In this document: positions 54,227 through 64,000 of the stretch, in pieces
Layout of the letters: every line of letters starts with the position of its first letter
Numbering within the stretch: position 1 is the stretch's first letter
Assembly (NCBI GenBank): GCA_023334545.1
Contig: JAADVB010000060.1
Coordinates: 1 to 64,000 of the forward strand
DNA length: 64,000 bases
Source of the DNA: Salisapilia sapeloensis CBS 127946
Taxonomy: Eukaryota > Protista > Oomycota
Reading direction: 5' to 3'
The notes under the pieces: model-generated
Databases searched by the model: none
What the model was told of the DNA's origin: nothing
The model's input: only the letters and a program-made list of their open reading frames with translations
Position numbers and translations under genes: made by a program

Positions 54227-57217
54227 TTATCGCTTCGTAGCTTGGTTCACATCGACATTGGTCAGTCGAACGCATCCAAGCGCACGTTCTGGTAATTCAT
54301 CTCGTTCCTGCGCTTCAATGACAAAAGCCAAGTCGATCACGAGCTCTGGTGCTTGGCCTAAGAGGATTTTCACTAGTGCCGAAGCAACGACGGAGCTCCC
54401 AATGTCATAGTCAATCTCCAAGTATTTGTCTCCTCGATAGCATTTCATGTCGACTTTCGTGCCGAGGATTGCCGGTGTCGATCCGACGCCGTGCTGTGTG
54501 CGCCACGTGCCCTCGACGACTCTCGGTATCAATTTAAGTCGCTTCCGACGCATTTCGTCACTGTCTCCACGCAAAAATTCATCACAGAGTGCACCAAAGC
54601 CATCTAACTTTTTCCCTTCGTTCTCGGCACGTGCAAAGTAGATGACAAGTGATCGACAAGGTGGTCCAGGAAGCATAAAGTTGACGATGAAGAGAAACGG
54701 GAGCTGGGAGTTGGATGATATCGACGATGTACCGACATGTTGGACTCGATCTCTACTTGCATACAACTCGACACCGATTAAACGCATCGCTTGTGGAGCC
54801 GATGCACGTTTAATGGATGTAGAAAGGTACTGAGCTCCTCGTACGAAGAAAGTCGATGCATCTGGTTCGCTCCAAAAGTGGGTTGGAAGCGGATGTGATA
54901 GATTCGGACCATGTTCGTATGGCTCTAGGATCGGAACGGGGATCTCCGACACAATGAGTTGACTGCGAGGTGACATCTGAGGGGCGACATTCGACGTCAC
55001 ATCCGGCGTCTTTCCTTTCTCGATAAACGTACTGCATGCGACACCTCCATCATATCCATTCAGCGCCGAGATCATTTCCAACACACGAGCTCCGTACGCA
55101 TGTACAAAGTACCAATATCGAGCAACAGTCGAGTCCAGCCATCCATTCGGATTCAACTGTAACGTGAGTGTGACCCATGCATCCGCCGTGTCTTCATCGG
55201 AATCGACTCGAGGCGAGATGATGAAACCTCCTCCGAGCATACTAGCACGAACGGTATCTTCATTCGGCCGTGGACAGTCTTTATGAGTCGTCGACTGGAA
55301 GCAGACAAAGTAGGATCCGTCCTCTTCCTTTCGCCAGTATCGAAGAAGACACAAGTCACGCGATTCAGCCTCGATCGGCCAGAGAGATATCGGTGATAGC
55401 TGCATGTGGAGCACATCACTATGATCCTTTACATCCTGCTCGACGACGGATGTACTAGCAATGATATGATTATTGCGGTAGAACCGACTCTCTGTGTCCA
55501 TGATCAAATCTAAAATATCTTTCGGCGACATCTGCACGCGCTGTCTTGTGCGTAAAGCAGGTGGAGGCCCGGCTTTCCATCCTCTATGCTGCTGCGTCCG
55601 CTCTACTTCTACTCGAAGCTGGAACGAATGATCATATAACGTCCAGTATGTTTCCTGAGAGAAAGTTGCTGATGTCCGGAACGTTTTTACGATCGATCGT
55701 GGTGCATTCCCAAACGACCCCGTACGCGGTCGGGATATCTCGGACATCTCCGATGCATCCATGCTGCCCGCGTGGATAGTAGCACTTCGCATGAGGCGAG
55801 AGACTTCAAGCTCAGCTCGTTCCGCCGCGGCGTCACTGATTAAATCATGGTCATGGTCCATGTACCAGCTCAAGTACCGCTTCCACTGCTCTTCCGCCTG
55901 GAGGATGCACTCCAAAATACTGTTTCGCCACCACTCGGCAATCTCGAGCGACTCGGCTGCAAGTGCGATGGGACCACGGTTCCGGTGCTGGACGATGATG
56001 GCTCCAGCACCAGCAGCACTCGCAGCGGCGGCAGCGCTCATTCCCATGCCCATCATACCGATACCGACGCCAGCTAAGCCTCCAGTCAGCACAACTGCCG
56101 TTGCAGCAGTGGCAGCCGCAGCCGCAGCTGCAGCTCGATTCCGGAAGCGTCGTGATCGACGACGTTTGTTCGATAGAGGTTGTCCATGCTGCATATCACC
56201 TTCAACATCCCCGTTGGGATCTGGAGAAGAGGGTGTGGAGTCCATGAAGCTGTTATTGCCACGATTGGTGGTGGTAGATGGCGAGCCAAGCGGTTCGTTC
56301 ACTGCATTCTGAGCGTTACGAGATGCTTCTTCGATCTCTTCTGCCGTCACGTGCGTTAAATGACGGATACGGAACGTGTACAGACGCTTTGCCTCAATCT
56401 TACTGGAAGAAACACGTACGTCATCGACAGTAGTGCCAGGTCCAAGTACGAACCAGCCACGCGGATCGCGATCTCCCTTTCGTCGAAAGTAACACAAGTA
56501 GTGCGTGCCGTCTGCCGTCGTTCGAATCATAAAGTACCGTTCTCGCCATAGATTGACGTGCTGACCCTTTTTGCGCAGCCATCCTTCCATCCGTATCTCT
56601 TCAGAAGACGATGGCACTCTGTTGAGACTGACGCCGGAGAGTCCAAGTGGAGGTGCTCGCATTGGCATGGAGCCACTTGATAATGGAGGTTGGTCCGGCA
56701 TCGGCTGAGATGCGAACTGGATGAGCTGTCGATCTCGTTCTTGGCAGATTTCATTCACAAACTGCACTAGACGAGGTTTCATGACTTCCTTCACTAGGCT
56801 ATCTTCTAGCATACGAGGTCGAGGTTGATTGTACGACGAACGAGAGTCTCTGTCTTCTTCATCAAGACTAATAGAGCGTTCACCATCTACAATCTCCTCA
56901 TCCAGTTGTGAAAGGGACGATCCACTCCGCTCTTCTCGTCGCTTAGCTGAGAATGCGTTCATCAATTCATCATAAAAGGCATTGCAGCGTTCGACAAAAG
57001 CTGGTTCTTGATGTATATTCGGTCGCTGGGCCTGAATTTGCGGTGCAGAGGCATAGACACTCAGACAGAGCTTCTGGAGTGCATTCAGGACGACACGCTT
57101 GCCATTTTCTCGACTAGCATAGCTCGCGGTGATGTAGTCGGACATGATGACCTCAAGCAGCATGCTCAGTCTGTCTGCATCGAGCAAGGCATCAGGAACA
57201 CTGCCTCCTGGTGCCAT
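54227..57217 (-). CDS. EDR2-like PH-START-DUF1336 lipid-binding protein
   Basis: PH: EGWLRKKGQHVNLWRERYF..LAAESLEIAEWWRNSI. START: LLRYWRKEEDGSYFV..VRA..GGGFIISP. DUF1336: WSEPDASTFFVRG..FIVNFMLPG..RLKLIPRVVEG..YLEIDYDIGSS..ELPERALGCVRL. First ATG 57217; upstream exons are possible. Confidence 0.9.
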   Translation of the reverse strand: MAPGGSVPDALLDADRLSMLLEVIMSDYITASYASRENGKRVVLNALQKLCLSVYASAPQIQAQRPNIHQEPAFVERCNAFYDELMNAFSAKRREERSGSSLSQLDEEIVDGERSISLDEEDRDSRSSYNQPRPRMLEDSLVKEVMKPRLVQFVNEICQERDRQLIQFASQPMPDQPPLSSGSMPMRAPPLGLSGVSLNRVPSSSEEIRMEGWLRKKGQHVNLWRERYFMIRTTADGTHYLCYFRRKGDRDPRGWFVLGPGTTVDDVRVSSSKIEAKRLYTFRIRHLTHVTAEEIEEASRNAQNAVNEPLGSPSTTTNRGNNSFMDSTPSSPDPNGDVEGDMQHGQPLSNKRRRSRRFRNRAAAAAAAATAATAVVLTGGLAGVGIGMMGMGMSAAAAASAAGAGAIIVQHRNRGPIALAAESLEIAEWWRNSILECILQAEEQWKRYLSWYMDHDHDLISDAAAERAELEVSRLMRSATIHAGSMDASEMSEISRPRTGSFGNAPRSIVKTFRTSATFSQETYWTLYDHSFQLRVEVERTQQHRGWKAGPPPALRTRQRVQMSPKDILDLIMDTESRFYRNNHIIASTSVVEQDVKDHSDVLHMQLSPISLWPIEAESRDLCLLRYWRKEEDGSYFVCFQSTTHKDCPRPNEDTVRASMLGGGFIISPRVDSDEDTADAWVTLTLQLNPNGWLDSTVARYWYFVHAYGARVLEMISALNGYDGGVACSTFIEKGKTPDVTSNVAPQMSPRSQLIVSEIPVPILEPYEHGPNLSHPLPTHFWSEPDASTFFVRGAQYLSTSIKRASAPQAMRLIGVELYASRDRVQHVGTSSISSNSQLPFLFIVNFMLPGPPCRSLVIYFARAENEGKKLDGFGALCDEFLRGDSDEMRRKRLKLIPRVVEGTWRTQHGVGSTPAILGTKVDMKCYRGDKYLEIDYDIGSSVVASALVKILLGQAPELVIDLAFVIEAQERDELPERALGCVRLTNVDVNQATKR

Positions 57218-58700
57218 CTTCCCTCCCGTCAGCTCCTTTTCGCTAATCAAATGAAGGGGATGTGCCAGAAGGAGGCTGGATTAGTTTTAGTGTGTGAATC
57301 GTACATAGTGATGACGCTCCAAGTTTCCTCTTCCTCGTTATGCTGTCTCTATCCATGCTGATCCATGCAAACGGAAACCGTTGTTTTATCGTATAATGCC
57401 TATGCTATGAGGCTCCGGAGTAGTGTTTACATGTATGACTAGGCTTCTTGGGTTGCTTTATGTTGTGTAGCTTCCTGCATCGGTTGGAGATCATGCGTAT
57501 GCACCTCGAGCGTGTACCATGAAATGCTGATGTCTCACTACCAGACGTTCATCTTGTATCCAATGGTGGTACGATGCAACGCATCTAGGCCGCAAGAAGG
57601 ATTCTCTTTGTCTCGTGAAGATGTTTTAAAAAGTGGTAACCTTGTCATTGACATTCGTATCCTCTCATGTAGCTTGCGGTGCTTCAAACGCAACTTTATT
57701 TATTCCTGTGGAATGAGCAAGCACACTCTACGAAAACTGCGACAAGAAATGCGCATAAATCGCTCCCGTAAACATCTATCAGAATACTGTTCAGTCATCT
57801 TGCATGAGTCAAAGCAAATCCACTGGTGGTGCGATTCTTGATACTTACTGAGTACCTTCAGACCGCGGGTGGAGCATGAAACTTTTGCTTGGAACTGGCA
57901 CGAATCATTAGGCTCGTATTCCTAATGCCTTGAATGAAGACAAGCAAACATTTACATTGAGGACTGGTAGATGCATTTGGTAATGCATGAAGCTCTCTTG
58001 TCGAGGTTTCACAAGCACAAACCTATTGTTTTGTTTCAATTACCTCCGCCTAGACTCTGTATCTACGGAGCCTACTCTGATGAACATCACTTGTGCATTG
58101 ATGTAGTGAAAGCTCATATTTCGTACAGTTTAGAAATGGTATTCAGATTGATATTCATGGCTTTTCATCAGTGACTATTACACTAAACGAGCGAATAAAT
58201 AAAAGGTGTAATTGCGTTGATCCTAATCGTGGTTCTCAGACGTAGAATAGGAAATGACAATAGCAATCAAAGGTTCATCTACTTCCAAATTCCTATATCC
58301 ATCTCTGTAGATCGCACAAGCTAGCCTTTACAAGCACTAATGGGTCGACAAGCAAGCATGAAGTATCGTCAGTCGCTCGACATCGATGCACCTCAGTTTC
58401 ATACCAAACCATTCGATAGTCTTCAAGTCATCGTTCTTGGTCTTCTCGTCACTTCCAAGGTCTCTAAACTTTTCTACAAAAATGCGAATACATCTTGATC
58501 TTAGATATCTCCATTTATGCCCAGTTCCCCATAACCTTTTGCTCCTTATGCCATTCCTACTTTCATTAGTGAGAGATCGTGTCGGTGGTAGTTGCCTGAG
58601 CGAACAACTGTTGGGAGTGCCGATTGGTCGAGTCAGTTAGTAACCGAATACGTTCCATCCAACTTGAGCATTTACACGGTCGTGCGTGGCGGATTCAAAT

Positions 58701-60452
58701 ATGCACGAGTGGTCTCCTGTACAGAATTTGACGATACTGGAGGCTAGTGGGAGCTCTAGAAGTAGCTTCGAGAGCGAAGAGGTTCCGTACAAGCATTCGG
58801 ATGCACCGTCGACGAACGTTGTCCATAAAGCTGATTACAAGGACGAAGAGCTCTTCGGACCAAGACTGTCGTCTCCTGATGCAAATGGCAATGGGAAAGC
58901 AAGCGTCTGGAAAAGGTACTTGTTCGATCGCAAGCCACTGGGCATACTAGTGAATTACGCAGCCATCGGCCTCTTCGTTGGCTTCTTCCAAGCTATCTAC
59001 TATCCGTATTTGAAAATATTTTTGAACATGTCTGAGACGGAAGCGGATGCCGCTGAAACTTGGATGGCACTACCGTGGCATCTAAAGTTCTTCTTTGCAC
59101 TCCTCACGGATCTCTTTCCCATACGTTACTATCGTCGAAGACCATATATCATCGCTGGATGGAGTCTCTGCTTGCTCTACGCGATCATCATGGCTGCGCT
59201 TCCGGCGCCAAGTCCATACTACAGCAATGGAGCTGTCATGAATGGGAACAGTGCAGATGCAGGACGAGGATACATTAGTCTTTTCGTGCTAACACGCTTC
59301 GCGTTAGTTGTCATTCAAGTAGCTGTGGATGGACAGCTCGTTTCATTCCACTGGAAGCAAGAACAGAGTTTGGATCGAAATAAGGTTCTCTTCTTCGGTG
59401 ACTTGACTGTGGCAGCTTATTGCCTCAATTACGCATGCCAGGCACTCTCGAGTTTCTTGGTCGCGTTCCTTTGTAGTAGTGAGGCGTATGGTGGAGACTT
59501 TGGATGGGGAGCATCCATCAGTGCGATGATGACGATCCCACTCATCGCTGGAATTGCTGCTATATCGCTGTCTTGGTTCTTCGTAACGGAAGACCAAATG
59601 GATGCATCGGATGGTAGCCGCGTCTCACGACTGCAGGCCTTACGTCATGATAGAGCAGTGTGGCAAGTAGCTGCCTATGCCTTTTTGTCAAGGCTCTGCT
59701 TTCTTTACTATGCAAGTACAGCAAAAGCGATTTATGAATTCTGGGCTCCCGTCGGCCAGTTGGTCAATGGTGTCTTTGACTTTATCAACAATATCGTCTA
59801 TGCAGTTGCTGGTTTGTTCATGCTCCGACTATTATCAACGTCATTTTCATGGAGGAAGATGGTTCTAATAGCGTTGACTGGTTCGCTCGTCTTCACAGTA
59901 TTCCCACCACTTTTTACTGTCTACGGAGTCGTTCGGAACGAATGGTTCTCGCTCATTTGGGAGCAGTGCGCTGCCTTGTTTGAAGCAATCGGATACTACA
60001 TTGTCCTCGTTTCAGCTATCAGTGCCTCAGACGTCGAACGTGGACTTGAATCGACATCCTTCAATGCCGTCTTGACCGCTGCAAACATCGCACTACCGTT
60101 TGCTGTGTCGTTATCTCAGAGCATTGGTGCTCACTTCGATGTGTACGACACAGACTACGAAGCAGATACATCCGAATCACACTCTAAAGTGCTCATGTGC
60201 TTTATTATCGTAGTAGTCGTGAGAGTACTACATGTTCCAATGTTACTTGCGCTACCAAAGGATGGATTCGATGGCATCCAGGATATGAAGTTCAATGTGG
60301 AAGGCTCCGAGCAGAGTGTTTATCAAATGTGGAAACGCAGATGCGTTCTAATCGTTCTAGGCTTTGCTGTCTTCTGGGCGATATTGACGACATGTCTTGC
60401 AGCAACACAAAACACATCGTGCTTGACGGTTGCTGGAGGAGAAGGCTGCTAA
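58701..60452 (+). CDS. Folate-biopterin transporter (BT1/FBT)-like MFS membrane protein
   Basis: First ATG 58701. About 12 hydrophobic segments; PWHLKFFFALLTDLFPIRYYRRRPY matches the BT1 PW..K......D..PI.GYRRRPY motif. Confidence 0.85.
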   Translation: MHEWSPVQNLTILEASGSSRSSFESEEVPYKHSDAPSTNVVHKADYKDEELFGPRLSSPDANGNGKASVWKRYLFDRKPLGILVNYAAIGLFVGFFQAIYYPYLKIFLNMSETEADAAETWMALPWHLKFFFALLTDLFPIRYYRRRPYIIAGWSLCLLYAIIMAALPAPSPYYSNGAVMNGNSADAGRGYISLFVLTRFALVVIQVAVDGQLVSFHWKQEQSLDRNKVLFFGDLTVAAYCLNYACQALSSFLVAFLCSSEAYGGDFGWGASISAMMTIPLIAGIAAISLSWFFVTEDQMDASDGSRVSRLQALRHDRAVWQVAAYAFLSRLCFLYYASTAKAIYEFWAPVGQLVNGVFDFINNIVYAVAGLFMLRLLSTSFSWRKMVLIALTGSLVFTVFPPLFTVYGVVRNEWFSLIWEQCAALFEAIGYYIVLVSAISASDVERGLESTSFNAVLTAANIALPFAVSLSQSIGAHFDVYDTDYEADTSESHSKVLMCFIIVVVVRVLHVPMLLALPKDGFDGIQDMKFNVEGSEQSVYQMWKRRCVLIVLGFAVFWAILTTCLAATQNTSCLTVAGGEGC

Positions 60453-60638
60453 GCCACGTCTGCCCAATGCGTACTTGTTATCAATATATGTTTGTTGTCC
60501 ATACATCTCGCTCTTATGTCATGTAAACTCTCGTCATATTGCTATCACTATCACTATGTCACAAGAAACGTTGAAAGTCATCTAACAAAGAAACATTCTT
60601 CATTGTCCATGTTATCGCCTCTGACATAGCATCGACAA

Positions 60639-62387
60639 TCACTGCAATTGCTTGGCAACGGCCGAAATCCAGCATGCTGCTGCCTTTGCACCAGGATCAG
60701 GCACATCCTTGCCATGGTCTTCTCCAACGTATCCGGATCGTCCAAATGCTTTTGTCGTCGAAATATCTTTTGTCTTTTCAGCACCTTCTTCAGCTGCCTT
60801 TGCTGCAGCATTCGCCATCTCTGCTCCATTCGAACCATTAAAGACCGCTCTTCCTGCAGGTAAAAGCGCATCCAGCATCGTTCGAGAGCCTTCGCTCGCA
60901 CCACCGTACCTCTTGATAGCGTCGGTACCAGCCTGGAAGCAGTTAGCCCAGGCTTGCGCATCTGCTTTGCCACCTTGCTCGATCGCGCCAGCAGCCGTTG
61001 TGAAGAAGATGTTGTACAGAACGCCCGAGGTACCTCCAGCGCTCTTCCCGAGTGATACAGCAATGGCACGTAGTGTATCGGCAGGGTCATTAAGTGGGTA
61101 GTGATCCGCCATATCGCTCTGGATCATTTGCGCAGCCTCCTTGAAGGTCGTGCCGCAGTCACCATCGCCGACCTTGTAGTCCCAAGCCGTCAGATCCGGT
61201 TCCGCCTTGATCAATGCTTCGCATGCACTACTTATACACTTTTCCAACAAGGAGCCTGTTTCACTTAGTTGGGACGGACGAGAGAACGCCTTCGTGCTGG
61301 TCTTCGAAGCGCCACCTGCTTCGAGGATATATTCTTCCTCGGTACGTTGTGGGGCAGCGACGTAGTTCCATCCAGGCGCACTGGCCGGGTGGTCAAGGTG
61401 TCCCAATAGCTTCTGGTCACCATCCGAGTGCCAGACAGTAAGCGAGAATCCAGCCATGTCCAAGGAAGTCATGTACGCCCCAACGAGCACACGTTCGACG
61501 ATGACGCCTTGCTTCTCTAGTGCTTGGACAGCGTACTTGGCAACAACGTAAAGCTCCATATTGGTAGTCGAGCCGAGGTTATTGATCATGAGCACACATT
61601 TATCTCCTTTCGTCACTTGCACGTGCACAGGAGACTGGTTGTCGAGGATCTTGTTGATAATGCGCTGCGTGAGGGCAGGTACTTGCTCCATTTCTGCCTT
61701 TTCCATGCCAGGTTCTCCGTGGATGCCGAGTCCAAGCTCCATCTCGTTGTCTCCGAAATCTCGAGACTGATCGTCTTGCCCAGGCAGTGTGCAAGGCTTG
61801 ATGGCTACGCCCATGGTGCCTAGCGTCTCCGGCTTGGTAACCTTTTCCAGCATCGCGATAATCTCTTCAAGTGATGCACCTTGGTGGGCAGCTGCCCCAG
61901 CCAGTTTGTGGGCAAAGACGGTCCCACTGAGTCCACGGCGACCGGCGTTGGCGTTCACCACGGCGACATCTTCCCCGACAATGATCATATCGACCTTGTA
62001 CCCCTCCGCTTTGGCTTCTTCAACGGCGAGACCAAAGTTGAGTCGATCACCCGTGTAGTTCTTGACGATTACTACCGTTCCGTGTGGTCCAGCAACCTTA
62101 CGGATCGCAGCGAGGACTTGCTGCGTCGATGGTGACGCGAAGACGCCACCACAAACAGCAGCCGTGAGCATACCAGAGCCGACGTATCCGGCGTGAGCCG
62201 GTTCATGCCCTGATCCACCTCCCGATACCAGCGTAACTTGCTGCTGCTTAATACTTTCAAAGTCGCGATGCACCACGACGCGTTCGTCTCGAAGTAGCGC
62301 AAGATGCGGATGTGCTCGGACCATGCCTTCGAGCATTTCATCGACAATGCCTTGTCCGTCCGTCACGAGCTGCTTTGCTTTCACCAT
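60639..62387 (-). CDS. DAK1: Dihydroxyacetone kinase / triokinase (fused DhaK-DhaL)
   Basis: SGGGSGHEPAHAG, GGVFASPS, KNYTGD, GRRGLSG, GLGIHGEPG, VGDGDCG, GGTSG, RTMLDAL, FGRSGY, DPGA. Confidence 0.96.
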   Translation of the reverse strand: MVKAKQLVTDGQGIVDEMLEGMVRAHPHLALLRDERVVVHRDFESIKQQQVTLVSGGGSGHEPAHAGYVGSGMLTAAVCGGVFASPSTQQVLAAIRKVAGPHGTVVIVKNYTGDRLNFGLAVEEAKAEGYKVDMIIVGEDVAVVNANAGRRGLSGTVFAHKLAGAAAHQGASLEEIIAMLEKVTKPETLGTMGVAIKPCTLPGQDDQSRDFGDNEMELGLGIHGEPGMEKAEMEQVPALTQRIINKILDNQSPVHVQVTKGDKCVLMINNLGSTTNMELYVVAKYAVQALEKQGVIVERVLVGAYMTSLDMAGFSLTVWHSDGDQKLLGHLDHPASAPGWNYVAAPQRTEEEYILEAGGASKTSTKAFSRPSQLSETGSLLEKCISSACEALIKAEPDLTAWDYKVGDGDCGTTFKEAAQMIQSDMADHYPLNDPADTLRAIAVSLGKSAGGTSGVLYNIFFTTAAGAIEQGGKADAQAWANCFQAGTDAIKRYGGASEGSRTMLDALLPAGRAVFNGSNGAEMANAAAKAAEEGAEKTKDISTTKAFGRSGYVGEDHGKDVPDPGAKAAACWISAVAKQLQ

Positions 62388-62760
62388 CGTATCTTCGTAC
62401 GGTACAGATCGGATGTACGTCCTCGCGTGCGAATTGAAGAATGTCCAAGGATGCTCCTTGAAGTCGCATGATGTCTTTTTTCTAGACCAATATTTAATAT
62501 GCTCACGGACTGTTTCTAGAGAGAAACCTTATTCTCTCTGCTCTCTCTTCTCTCTACTTAATGATGACGTGGACATAAAGTAGTGGGTACATGCAAAGGC
62601 AAGATACATGGTGTATCGGGCTAGATCGACCATAATAATGTCGTTTCAGGCATGGATATTTCAACAGGGGTGTTACACATCAAGATGGGATGTGCTTGCA
62701 GTCGAGACAGGATTCAAACGTGGCAATCGACCGGACGCTGAATAGTTTTGCAAGGGGCAA

Positions 62761-64000
<1,240 letters not shown>

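Overview
Gene-dense eukaryotic nuclear DNA, roughly 50% GC by eye, with short GT-AG introns (about 51-74 nt where resolved, several with CTAAC/CTAAT-type branch points). The gene content points to an oomycete (inference; species not determinable): glucan synthase fused to a sugar-porter domain, TKL receptor-like kinase, BT1-like transporter, oomycete-style ankyrin repeats, EDR2-like protein, and an INR+FPR core promoter. About 25 protein-coding genes are supported, including eIF3b, a sirtuin, ERG3, TCAB1/WRAP53, RBMX2, SMYD, CBP/p300, a Tim17-family protein, FKS/callose synthase, SF3B1, DAK and an ArfGAP. I re-spliced several genes by hand because the ORF track splits them or uses the wrong start or frame. 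No rRNA, tRNA, CRISPR array or intact transposon was seen. Most notable: (1) a PHD-Sir2-ZZ sirtuin that only appears after splicing; (2) a low-GC, ~270-codon reading frame at 30.2-31.0 kb whose only internal stops are TGA; (3) a secreted, GPI-like 2OG-Fe(II) dioxygenase-fold protein with Met/His repeats; (4) the FKS-sugar-porter fusion; (5) a giant EF-hand protein with a six-fold repeated motif. Family calls come from motif recognition, not database searches.
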